Source: Mytilus trossulus (Eukaryota). From it: a stretch of DNA of 64,000 nt. The stretch lies in assembly GCF_036588685.1 (NCBI RefSeq), contig NC_086379.1, positions 55,924,001 through 55,988,000 of the forward strand, read 5' to 3'. Of the stretch, positions 42,601 to 54,959 are shown piece by piece. The position numbers were made by a program, and so were the translations under genes. The notes below the pieces were generated by a model, which was not told the DNA's origin, did not search any database, and worked only from the letters and a program-made list of their open reading frames with translations. Position 1 is the first letter of the stretch, and each line of letters begins with the position of its first letter.

Positions 42601-45600
42601 ATCCAGGTCTTCCACCTTCTAAAATATAAAGCTTTTAAGAAGTGAGCTAACACCGCCGCCGCCGTCGGATCACTATCCCTATGTCGAGCTTTCTGCAACA
42701 AAAGTTGCAGGCTCGACAAAAAAAAATCATACCCCCTCCTTTTGAAGTTAAAAGGTTGTTCCCTTATACTCTCTCTATCTTTGAAAGTAACTTTTCAACA
42801 GTTTTATGGAGTTATTAATTGTGCTACTGTCTAATTGATGTATATTACCCCACATCTTTTTAAATACTAAATGCAGATTATCATGTTTCCATTGTTTTGA
42901 TACATAAGATAACATCTAGTAGACACAAATTCAGTGCAGTCAATAAAAAAAAGCTGATATTTGATTGAATAATGATCTGACTGATTATCATATTGTTCTG
43001 ATTGTTTTCCTTGGTCTTAAACAAAGAAATGATGTTAAACAGATTCAAAACCATGTTATTTCCATGACTTAAGCTTACCTGCAGTCTATCAAAAGAGCAT
43101 GGTCCTTCTTAGCCAACATTGAAATAAACTGGTCCATTATACCACAAGGCATCCCTGCAAACTCATGTTCAGCTTTTTGACAAGCTAATGCTTTCTGTGT
43201 CTTTGGCACAGTTGTATCTAATATCAGATCATTTAGCTCATCAAGAAAAGTATAAGTTCCAACTTCTAATGATGCTGAACTAGAGACTCCACCTCCCAAA
43301 GGAACAGTTGAAACAACAACAGCATCAAATGAACACATTGGTCCTGCAACAAATACATGAAAAAAAAATTATTCAACCTTCAGTATTTTTAATAAGTCTG
43401 CCAAGTCACTGAAGCATATATAGCACATAAATAGTGAACAAAAATAGAATACATTGTATCTACAAAATGTAAATTAGTGCTCAACCAATAAAAGCTAGAA
43501 TTATGAACTATAATGGTTTCCTTTTTTTTAAATTGTTATTTGGATGGAGAGTTGTCTCATTGGCACTCATACCACATCTTCCTACTGGTATATCTATGAC
43601 TAAAATACATTCATTTCTATATCATGTTTTTTTTAAAAAGACTAACACATAAAACTGAGAATGGAAATGGGGAATGTGTCAAAGAGACAACAACCCAACC
43701 GTAGAAAAAAATAACAGCAGATAACAGTTTACTATAAAACTAATCTCCCACCGAAGTCCTCATAAAATACATGGAAATCTAAAAGTTGTAATGAAATACA
43801 TCATTTTTTAATATACCCACCTTTATAGTTTGCCACAACTCCTTTGACATAATTTGCCCACATTGGTTCACCAGGTGATAGACTATTTTTGTTTGATGGA
43901 ATAGGAAACTCCACATAGTTGTCCTTTCCAATGCTTGCTAATGTTAAAACTCGACACATCCCAGAATCTGTCTTTTTCCCAACCAACAATGTAACCAGAG
44001 GTAATGCCTGTAAAATTATTAGCTTTTGTTAAAATGTTACTATGTACAATCATAGGTTATGATGCTGCTAGTCTCTGATGTGGTTTAGCCAGACAAGCTG
44101 GGGCCATGGGACCCACGGCCCCAGCTTGTCTGGCTAAACAGATGTGGAAGTCAGAGTAATCTGGACTATGATGCTGCTAGGTCTGAAAAATCATAACAAT
44201 ACTGTCTGGGACAGTGGGTTGAACAATAATTTGGCAAAATATTGGCAAACTTTTAAAATTAAATGTCACAAATAAAATTCATATAATATGATCTCAGGCA
44301 CTTGTCTCGGAAAAAAATTTCCTATATTCCTTAATATTAATTCTTACCTTAATATTAAGGTATACATGTATATACCAGGGGAAAAAATCTGAGACATTTT
44401 TATATTGAGCTTCCAAATGGTGTCAAATTATATTCTATCTTGAAAATTGTTGAACATATAGGATCGCATATTTCTCAAAACAAAAAAGGTGATCTTCATC
44501 ATTCTACAATTCTTTTCAAAGTTTTTTCAGAAAATATATATATATCAAATTTGGTGATCATCTGCCTAAAAAAGAGCATTAGCTGTCAAATTCATGTTCA
44601 CCAATTTGACTCAAATTCTCAGATTTGATTTGTAACATACTCAAAGTAAATATACAAATTTAAAAAAAAATAAAAATGCATGGACTGGATAATATGTATC
44701 AGCATTTCTTTGTATTTCAGTCTAGACACCATCCAATCAAACATTGAGACTGAGACTACTTTGTTATAGTAGTCTCAGATTGAGACCACCTTTGAAAAAG
44801 ACTGTCTTTTTTATCTGTATTCTGGACAATGTTTATATCTGTAATCAAGACAGAAAACAGCAATGCCCAGTAAATTAGTATATTTTTTACCATTTTTTTT
44901 AATTATGCAGTTATTCTTTATATTTTGGCAACCCAATTGTTTACTATTCTTTATTTTGTATGCTCATTTTCTCTATTCCTAATTTTGTTTGCCCATTTTT
45001 CTCTATTATCTCTTTTCTGTAAACCAGTCATCCTTCTTTTAACTGTTAAAGTATGTTTGTAATCATAATATAATTATTATATTGATAAATATTGAATTAA
45101 TATATGAGAACTGATATTAATTTGAATCATGTTGGAATGTAGGACAAGAAGCCATGATCACAGTCATGTCCCTTTGGTTACATGTATAAATTCAATTGTG
45201 TGTTATCCTCCAGCAAACAAGAACCCCCACACAAACAAGCAATCAATCATCCAGGGGTGAAGGAGAAAAGCAGCTCCGTTAGCAATGTTTTACTGTAAAA
45301 AGTAGGTGTGTGTATTGTAACCAATCAAAAGAAAGCTTTTCATTGCGTCAGCTTTAACCTTGAATGATGTTTCTTTTGAAACGTGTAAATTCACATGAAA
45401 AAATAATGATATTGATTGTCTTCGGTTATGTCCAAATACAACCCTTCTTCGACCAATCCCAACTTGAAAGCATCTCTCCGGCCAACAACGACTTCAAATT
45501 CAAACTCACACAAGTTGTATATTATCAGAGACATATAATACAATATATGTCTCTGATATTATTATATAATCCGTTTGTTTCAAGAATAGTTGTATATATA

Positions 45601-45874
45601 GTATTATTTTTTTCAATGAAACTCGATAAACAACTTAACCTTTTCACTCTTATAAAATTTAATAAAAGAGTATATATAGCAGGGATATATCTAAATTATT
45701 TATTGTACTTGCCATCGGGAAAACAAATCCATCATTGTAATCCGTGTGTTCTCCGATCAAATTTACTCTTCCCGGTCCGTATGCAGCCTTTTCTGGTTTG
45801 TACCCAAATTTTTGTTGAAAAGAATTTGTTGCTTCCTTCAATACATCACTTATTTCAGGTATAGTTTCTGCCAT
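39621..45874 (-). CDS. GALK1: Galactokinase paralogue A (canonical), 393 aa, 7 exons, first intron GC-AG
   Basis: Exons 45713-45874, 43821-44007, 43079-43343, 41379-41560, 41008-41158, 40140-40302, 39621-39692 (1182 nt). Motifs [53 protein letters not shown]. Intron positions are identical to paralogue B. Confidence 0.95.
41634..42725 (-). mobile_element. Helentron-associated non-autonomous element (HINE/DINE-like) in GALK-A intron 3
   Basis: Terminal hairpin TGTCGAGC...CTGCAAC-AAAA-GTTGCAG-GCTCGACA next to a (GCC)n microsatellite. Internal ~150-bp tandem repeats (GAACCATGAAAATGAGGTCAAGGTCA). AACAAGAG end. Relatives at 46310-46920 and 54430-60240. Confidence 0.7.
44069..44168. mobile_element. 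100-bp hairpin MITE, Academ-like (TAGTC...GACTA, 9-bp TSD)
   Basis: TGATGCTGC is duplicated at 44060-44068 and 44169-44177; internal 23-bp perfect inverted repeat. Confidence 0.65.
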
Positions 45875-46112
45875 GGTAATGTCAACCTAAGTAAATACTC
45901 AAATACCCGTTCAGAGAACTATAAATAAATATCCTTGACAGTACAGTAAAACCTGAACATTAATCGAAAATCCGGTTTAAATTGATGTCTTTCCCCAGTC
46001 GACGAGCGCCCCAGGTTTAGGAATATTTAGGTCAGAGACAATATCTCAAGTGGTAGGCCTATAATAATGTCCATCGGAGGTGTGTCTTTAAAAGATCAAA
46101 ATCAAGGGTCAG
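45875..46112. promoter_or_regulatory. Candidate bidirectional promoter for GALK-A (-) and PRXL2A (+), with a PRXL2A 5' exon ending at 46112
   Basis: CpG-containing stretch directly upstream of the GALK-A ATG; donor CAG|GTATGC at 46112; acceptor TTTGCAG at 47976, four nt before the PRXL2A ATG. Confidence 0.45.
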
Positions 46113-47287
46113 GTATGCAAGTAATTTACAGATTATATATCTCTGCTATTCAGTAAGACCTGTCACCTTTCAACTAGAGCAGTCATGATCAGTCATGGTA
46201 AACAGAAAATAGAAAATAAATTACAAATTTCATGCTTATTACAATTACAAATTTGTATTACCTATTAAATGCCTGATGTGGACAATGGCTTAACATGGCC
46301 GTATTTTCACCTCAATTTTCTCCTGTCTGTCTGTCAACTACTTGTGGTATGTGGAATGACTGTAATGAGTACATGTTAGTCTGACAACTTTCGCCTGACC
46401 TTGACCTCATTTTCATGGTTCATTGGTTAATTTTAAGTTTTTTTGTGTTTTGATCTATTTTCCAAGTACTTATAAAACTATATATGGTGTATGGAATGAT
46501 TGATAGATAGGGGGGTTAGGACCTTTATCGGGACTCAAGGAAGGGCCTTTTTAAGCTCGGGATTAACCCTTTCGGGATCCAAGAATCTTTTTTCGAATTT
46601 CGGGACTTCCGGATTTCGCTTTTTTTTTTGGCCCGGATTTCGTGTTTTTAAGCTCGGGATTTTAGGACCAGGACCCCTCCTACTCTCCCTCTTACATGTA
46701 GATGTACATACATGTATCTGTCTGGCAGTTATCTACTGACCTCAACCTCATTTTCATGGTTCACTTGTCAATGCTGGGAACATGTAATTATATGTTCCTG
46801 GTCAATATTATTTTTTTTGGCTTTTTTTTTTTGTTTTTTTTTAGTTTAATAAGCATTAGGTCAACTGTATTTGGTGTATGGAATGATTCTTTGCTGTACA
46901 TAACTGTCTGTCTAGTATGTGCATTTGAAATAAAGATATACAGTAGTTTATATGGAAAAGTGCAGATGAGAACAGTATCAAATAATTCTATCGATCTAAG
47001 AAATTGTGCTTTAAAGAAAGATTACAAATACTCAAACTTCCTTTTCTTATTTACAATTTACAGACATAATTGTGGTTATTATAATGATACAGGGCCTGTA
47101 AGCATAAAACTATATAGTAAGTTAAGTTTTTTTCTAAACAGATGGAATTTTCTTATTGACCTACAATAAATAAGTATTATGATTGGAAATCTTAATTTAA
47201 GTGGTTTTAAGCATATCACCCTGATATATACCCTGACTTTTGAAATTGCATGCAATTAAGGATTTTAAGATAGACCTTATCATGCTT

Positions 47288-47713
47288 AGGCCATAGTTAT
47301 TATATTTTTAGTTTTACGAAATTTTTTGACAAAACCAATGGGTAGGAGGATGAAAAAAAAAAAAAAAAAAAACTGCTGCTGCTGATGCTTTTTTTTTAAT
47401 ACCAACCTTCAATATCAAAATTTTTTTTTTTCATTTCACAAGGAGATTTTCTACTAGTGTAACAACTATTTTTTTTTCTTGACAAGGTTTGAATTGAAAA
47501 TCAATGTGCAACAACTTACTAAATCACCAAGAGCATAAATTTAGATTCTTGCATGCAGTTATGAACTAAAATTTATTTATTTTTTGCATGAAAAACACTG
47601 GGTCGGAGGAGAAAAAAAATTAAAAATCAACATTTTTAATTTTATTTTTTTTCCTATTTGGCAAAAATTAGGGTAGGAGGCTTCGTAAAACTAAAAATAA
47701 AAAACTACGGCCT
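47288..47713. mobile_element. MITE with imperfect TIRs and 8-10 bp TSD
   Basis: AGGCCATAGTT..TTTTAGTTTTACGAA / TTCGTAAAACTAAAA..AACTACGGCCT; TATCATGCTT on both flanks. Confidence 0.7.
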
Positions 47714-47980
47714 TATCATGCTTATGCAAACGTTACAAATACATGTATTAGGACAAATTACCTACTGGCTCATATGAAAACTATTGAAACTTTGATGTAC
47801 AAAATAATTTAATTGTTGTTACTAAGAATTTTTTAGAAAGCATTATAAATGACTGGAATAAACAACCATTATTGGTTGTTGATTAGTTTATCTTTCAAGG
47901 TTCTATGCAATGTAAGGAAGACATTATGACAAGAATAGGTGAAACTTTTTAAATTTTTAGAACTTTTTATTTGCAGGGTG

Positions 47981-50900
47981 ATGTCAATATCTAAAGCATT
48001 ATTAAGTATAGCAGGAATAACTGCCGGAGCTGCTATCCTTATAAATCTACCTACTCAATTCTTCATGGCTACTGAGAAAGCTACGCTTCAGTATTTACAC
48101 ACTGCCAAACTACAGACAATAGATCAGACCAAAAACAATTTTTCAGTGAGTACATTATGTATTGCAAATCATTCATAATTGGATGTTATGTACATGTAAT
48201 GATATGACATGATGTCACTAAGTCATATCATTACGTCACATGTAAAAAATGTATAAGATTAAAGTGTAACATATGCAAATTTATTATCATTAAGTTTTAA
48301 TGATAAAGTATTTGACACCGATTGATATAAAACAAACTCTCTGAATATAAAGAGAACAAAATTACCAACTCCATTATGTCCAAGGAAAATTCAAATGAGA
48401 ATAATCCCTTATCGATTTGCAAAATCAAAAGTTAATAACACATCAAATCAATGGAAAACAACTGTCATATTCCCGACTTTGTGTCGGCAATTCCTTATGT
48501 TGAAAATGGTGGACTATACCTATTCAGACCTATTTAAAAGCAAAAGCTACAGAAATTATGTACTTTGAAGGATCCTCTTTTGGAATTTTTTATGATGCCT
48601 AGAATATCCATAAACTAAAGCATAAATTCAAAGGCAAATGGTAAGCAGTCTGAACTATGCTTATACAAAACCATCTTTGTATGCTATATGCTTAGAACCT
48701 TTATTGTATTGACCCATCAGAGCTATGTAGATACTGTCTATGTTACAGGCATCAGATCTATGGAAAGATAATGGTGTGGTTCTTATGGCAGTCAGAAGAC
48801 CAGGATGATCTTTGTGCAGAGAGGTAGTTTATAGTACTTTTACATTTTTATATAGATTTTATAATGAAAACAGTGCTTGACATGGACTACAGGATAGCTT
48901 TTATCTCTGTTGATTGTAAATCTTACTGTTGAATGTTTACACGCAAAACATGAGTTACAAATAAAAGAAAAGAAAAAAAATCAAATAGAGTAGAGATGAT
49001 AAACCAAAGGTCATTCCAAAGATAAATGTGTCAGTGTGTGTCAAATTAAGATAGACTTTGTCATGATACATTTGTCAAATTACAGTAAATGGAAAAAATT
49101 TCACAATCCATGAAGAATTTAACTTGACTCCAAAAAATTTTCATTAGTCAATACTTTATGAAGTTTGCAGTTTTTTGCATTAAAAAATGGTTTAAAAAGA
49201 TCAAGAAAACGTCAAAAAGAAAAAAAAACCAGCATTGTCTCCTGTGTCATAATTTCATTCTTTTTGGTTTTATATAAGAATGTTATTCTATTGTGTTAAG
49301 ACATATTATTCTTGTTTTTATTTCAGGAAGCCATTGGGCTGTCCTCTCTGCTACCTGAGCTTGAAGCCCATCGAGTCCAGCTGCATGCTGTAGTTCATGA
49401 GACTCTGGGAGTTGATGAGTTCAAACCATTTTTCAAAGGAAATGTTTATCTAGATTTAGAGGTATAAAAGTATTGATTATTTTTAAAAATCCATAAAATT
49501 GAAAATTTTCAATCAATTTTCGAACAAAAGACTTATGAGAATAGTCCTTTGAAAATTATTTAAGAATTCTTTCTGCAAGACATTATATGCAAATTTACCC
49601 ACCTCCTGTTAGGGAATTTTCTCTCTGTGTTGAAGACCAATTGGTGGGCTTGGGCTGTTTTCTGCTGTTTGGTTGGGTTATTGTATCTTGACACATTCCC
49701 CATGTCCATTTTCAAGTCTACTTTCTGGGTCAGTTATGTATTTTAAATCTAATTGTGAGGTAAAGAATATCAAAAGACCATCCCATTGTATTACTTGATT
49801 AATTTTACATTGATAAGCATGACTTAAAATTATTTGAATCCATGGACATACTATATCTATCCAATAAAAGATCAATACTGATGCTGATGCTGATTTGTAT
49901 TCATCTTTCATATTACCATATTCAGGTAAGTGAACATTTTTTAGTAATTGACAACTCTCTTTATTTGTAAATAGAGTATTCGTTTAATTCATTAGCCTTG
50001 TAAGCTACTTTTCAATACACTTGTTTTAAGCAACAAGTACAAAATTTACCTATTCATATTCTAAAGGACAACTTTGATAATAGTGTACCTTTATTAATGT
50101 GGAATTGTAAAAAAAAAATTATTGTAGAAAAAGTTTTATGGACCAAAAGAGAGGTGGACATCATTGTTTAGTCTTCTTAGATTTGGTGTCATGAAAAATA
50201 TCTATCGTGTAAAAAAGAAAAGTATTCCTGGTAACATGATAGGTGAAGGAAGACTTCTAGGAGGTAATTGATATGTTAAACTTAGTTAAGTAGAAATACA
50301 ATATAACATACTAGATTATATACTGAGGCTGTGCTATTTGCACATTCAATTGCGTTGACCATATATCCATTTGTGATATTCAGTCACTGACTGTATATCA
50401 CCTTTTTATGATTTAATTAATGTGTTACTGTAGAGTTATTTATGAGTTAATAAAAAATACAGGTTATTGAAAATTTAAGTTGTCTGCTCCAAATTAAAAA
50501 AATAGTTTTTACTCTTTTAAATAAAAATATTTTATTTGGAAGGGTTATAGGAGTTGCAGTTTAGAGAGATTAACCATAAATTGTCTCATAATATACATTT
50601 TATTTGTACTCTACTCAAAACAGGATAGAAATACTCAGCAAACTCCCACTTTCTACCTGTTTCAAAGACATGTACAAAAAATAATTAATTCTGAGACAAT
50701 GTATGGTTCTCCTATATATATCAAGTGTTCCATTGATATATTGGAGATTTTTAAAGGCACAATAAACTCTCAAAATTAAGGGCAACTATTTGGTCAAGTA
50801 TAATCAGTCAGGTTCTAATGTTAATTTACATGTAATGTATGCAGATATCAAATATTCATACCTGCCAAGTTTTCAAAATGCCCATGGGGGTTTTACGTGC

Positions 50901-51843
50901 AAGATGGCTGTCATACTCCTAAAAAAAACTTCAAGTGGGCCTTCAAATACAGTGTAATGATGTTTTTTGGCTTCTTCATACCTTTATAAGCCTCAATTCA
51001 TTGTAAAATTAATTGTTTTGTTAAAATTGTGGACATAATTTCTCTTTAAAAAAATCAATTTGGGAGCCTCCATGGGGGAAATCCCCCGCAAATAGTGACA
51101 GTTGGCAGGTATGAATATTTTCAACCTAGAAAGTATATTTTCCTAAATTCAAAATTTAGATGATGCTAAAGCATGAAATGAGGTCAAGGTCCCTTCAGGA
51201 TGTTCTTACTTAGTCAATGAAATGTACAATTTGTTGTGCATAGACACTGGCAGTATGTTTTCGTATGAAGATTTCTGAAGCGTTATCATTATGAAAAATA
51301 AAAGTTGCAGTAAGTTATTGAATTAGAGTTATCTTTCTTTGCATGAATTATTTCGTCTAAAACTTGGATTACCATTAAATGCATTTGAAGCTGCCACTTT
51401 GTATAGATGTACATGAAACATGCAGGACATATATCTATTTAGAGAAAAGCTCATTGAACTTTATGATATCATTGTGAAGACATTTTTATTCACTGAGAAA
51501 CGTGTAAAAAATTAGTCAACACATCAAGGAAATAATTATAAAAAGTAAATAAAAAAGTTTTTTTTCTATTTTAATGTCATAAATTTTGGTAAGATTACAA
51601 TGAGAAGTTCTAACATACCGTTATATTTGTTTTATTAAACTAATATAGTTTTGCATAGGTTTTATTTTTTTCAAGACAGAGTTAAGTGTACAATATTTAA
51701 AGATATCTTTTCTTTTTGAAGGTGTATACGTGATTGGACCAGGAGAGCAAGGTATATTATTTCAATATCATGAGAAAGAATTTGGTGATCATGCTGATCT
51801 GAAAGATATAATGGCTGCTGTTGAAAACATCAAATCTACATAA
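47981..51843 (+). CDS. PRXL2A: Peroxiredoxin-like 2A / FAM213A / selenoprotein U family protein, 210 aa, with in-frame UGA (predicted Sec) at 48806-48808
   Basis: Exons 47981-48145, 48749-48823, 49327-49461, 50128-50263, 51722-51843 (633 nt). Translation ...LWKDNGVVLMAVRRPG[U]SLCREEA...KKFYGP...GEGRLLGGVYVIGPGEQGILFQYHEKEFGD aligns end to end with PRXL2A, which has RRPGCFLCREEA. N-terminal hydrophobic anchor. SECIS downstream. Confidence 0.93.
50857..51113. mobile_element. MITE in a PRXL2A intron
   Basis: TIR CATACCTGCCAA / TTGGCAGGTATG flanked by AATATT on both sides. Confidence 0.7.
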
Positions 51844-52235
51844 TATATATATAACATTTGTTTACACCTAAGTGCCTTTTGATCAAACTATGCCTAAATA
51901 TAAATAGATTCTATGTTTTTCTATTTTTTGTTTATGACATCTGATTTTTCTTGAAATTTGACTCTCAAAAATTGCAAAAACAAATATATGTTCATTCGCT
52001 TACTTTTAGAGGTATTACAATTTGAATTTTGCATTTTTGGGGTAAAAACAGAAATTTCTTGTTTCAATACTTTTCCTCAAAAACTTTCAAATAAAAAAGA
52101 GAAATTTTCATCATTTTTCTTATCAAAGTATTCAAAGCTTACAATATTTAGTATATTAAAAGTAAAATAAAAAAAAATTAACCCCCAAAACAAATTCAAA
52201 ATAGAAAGTCCCTGAACAAATAGCAAAATCAAAGC

Positions 52236-52385
52236 TCAAACAAAATCAAGGTTAAATGCAATACAATTTGTGTTACAAATGTCAGATAAAATAAAAAGTC
52301 TCAAACAAAATCAAGGTTAAATGCAATACAATTTGTTGTCAGATAAAATAAAAAGTCTCAAACAAAATCAAGGTTAAATACAAAA
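52236..52385. repeat. ~60-bp tandem duplication in the PRXL2A 3' UTR
   Basis: CTCAAACAAAATCAAGGTTAAAT occurs three times. Confidence 0.8.
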
Positions 52386-53514
52386 CTATTTGTGTGACAT
52401 CTTACAGTAATTGATGAGATAAGTCATCACCTGTTACTTTTACATGCTCTTTACGGTATTGATTTTTATTTTAGTTCAAGGCTACACAAACATCAGTTAA
52501 AGGATGAATAATAAGTCTTGTAACTTAATGCTTCTGCCTTTACTTTGAAGTATGTTGCTTTTGTCTTTTACTTGCAAAACTCATCAAAATAGAAACTTTT
52601 GACAATCTTTCACATTTATTTTTTGAAATTAGCATTTCTTCCCTACAAATTCTAGTTTTATTAGTGTCATAACAAAAGCAGATTTATATAAAGATGATAA
52701 TCAAAATATTTCTATTTAATGCCATAAATAAATGATAAAAGGATTGTTTGACCACCACATTATAGTTGGGTTCAATGTTTATGTATTTTTATATTGTATA
52801 TTAATTAGAACAAAGTATTAGAAGTATATTTAAAATGTTTAAACAGTTGTATTTTCTGATATTATTTTATTTTCATTACATGACAAATATAAACAAACAG
52901 ATATTGTGAATTATATATGGTTAGTGAGAGTACATTTTTTTTAAAGGTACATGTATTAGCACATTAATGCGCCTTTAAAACAGAAAACTAATTTAAAAAT
53001 TCTTGGTTAGCTATGGATATCATATGATTGCTGGCAATGTCAATACTAGTACACTTTTGATAAGAAAGTCAGTTTAAACAAATGTAAGACAATAAGTTTA
53101 CTTCTTTTAATTGATTTCATACAAAAGTGAAACAGAAGTTTATTCATGATTAATAGATGGAAGAGTATCTTCAGCAAGTTTACAGTAAAAAAAAATATCT
53201 TTAGATTTTACTGTATTTTTAACATATAAATTCTTTTGGTGTTGCTGTTAGCATTTCACCTTGAAGCTACCATGAAGCTGATAGTAGAACCCGATTGTTT
53301 TTGTTCCTCACAGATAAAATTGGTGTTAAGATAAAAATGGTGCAATGATTTGCATTGCCTCTGTTATGTATATTTGCCATGTTGTGACCAATGTTATATT
53401 TTATTTGTTATGTTGTGACCAATGTTGTTTTATATGCCCTGTTGTTGCCTGAGTTATGTTTATTAGCCACATTGTTGTCTGTATTATGATTTATGTGCCA
53501 TGTTGAAAGGATTT

Positions 53515-53583
53515 TATACCATACCTATGATATCTGAAGTATAAATTTTCTTACTACTTTAGATGGATCTTCTAATGGTTATA
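53515..53583 (+). promoter_or_regulatory. SECIS element (type I) in the PRXL2A/SelU 3' UTR
   Basis: ATGA(53527-53530)-T-ATCTGAAGTA-[TAAATTTTCTTAC]-TACTTTAGAT-GGAT. UGAU/GGAU non-Watson-Crick quartet, 10-bp helix II (one G.U), AAA 12 nt after AUGA, lower helix ACCAT/ATGGT. Lies upstream of AATAAA at ~53910. Confidence 0.88.
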
Positions 53584-54959
53584 TATTATCCTGACAATGT
53601 TGCATCTAGTTTCATATTATTGTAGTGCCACAAAATCATTGGTCATGTTGACCTTATAAAAACTGTGTTCATTCTATATGTTAGGTAGCTTTTGAGCATA
53701 ATTCAAGAGCTAGTTTAGATATGATTATATTCCAGTATTCCTCTAGTTATTCCCTGGGAGTTGTTTATATTCAGAAATCATTGGGTGATTTTTTTTGTTG
53801 TGTTTGAGGGCTTTTTAAATAGCCTTATCAGCATTATTGACAATTTGATATTAGAAATTAGAGTTATTTGTTATCTAAGTATATTGTTTTATATGTTTTA
53901 TGATGTTTAAATAAAGTACAAATTTTAATTACACTTTTTTAGTCTTATTTTGTGAAGAAAGACCATACTAGCTCCTGACCCCTATAGAAATAAAATGCTC
54001 CTCAGTGGGAAGTATGATACCACATACATTGGACCCTGAACATTAAGGGCAAGTATATTCACAGCATTCAAGTTTGATACAGGTTTGAATTTGAATTTTG
54101 ATTGAATATTTGACACAGAATGGATGTTGTCTAAGAACTTTGAAATTGGACATCTACATATTATGGTCTGATATCCAAACTTCAAATTTTAATAAAATCT
54201 ATCAAAGTTGAATTTTAGACCCTTTGGACCTCAATGTTGACCAATTTGATAACAGGGTAAAAAATCCAAAATCAAAATATGATTCAGCATATCAAAGAAC
54301 CAAATATATTCAATTTTTGTTGAAATCAAATAAATTTTGATTAAGGACCCTTAAATTTAACTGCTTTGAAAACAGAGCCTAATGTAAAAAAAATCCTCAC
54401 TGAATCCAAAGTTGTTTCATACAATAACAAAACAAGAGTGCATAAACTGAAATGTTTCATCTGCTTTACTCACCAAGATTGATTTTATGATAGTCCTAAA
54501 GCAAGTATCATAATGAAACATGATAATGATGTCAAGGGCATACAAAAACTGCCAGACTGACATGTACACAATTTACATTCACCAAATAAAGTTGACTTAT
54601 TGCCTAAAGTATCAGAAAACAGACCAAAACACAAACAAGAGTGTACACACTGAAATGTTACGCCTTCTTTACTGACCATTGATTTTATATTGTTAGTCCT
54701 AAATATAAAGCTTTTCTACAAGTATCACACACACTTAACATGATCCAAGAAAATGAGTTAAGGTCAGATAAACCGAATGGGAAATATTTGTACATCTTAC
54801 AATCATTAAAAACACAAAATATAGTTGACTTATTGCCTATAATTTCTAAGAAACAGACTTTACAAGGAAAAATAAACATTGACCAATGAACCATGAAAAT
54901 GAGGTTGAGGTCAGATGAACCATGCCAGACAGACATGTACACCTTACAATCCATCTATA

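Noticed and set aside
48806-48808. Premature stop making PRXL2A a pseudogene
   Set aside because: The TGA aligns to the redox Cys, the rest of the gene is intact, and a SECIS is present.
48809-48822. Sec-redefinition hairpin right after the UGA
   Set aside because: Only a weak 5-bp stem is possible; insufficient evidence.
51930-53320. Other ATGA-containing SECIS candidates (~51934, ~53126, ~53272)
   Set aside because: No helix II complement followed by GA at the right spacing.
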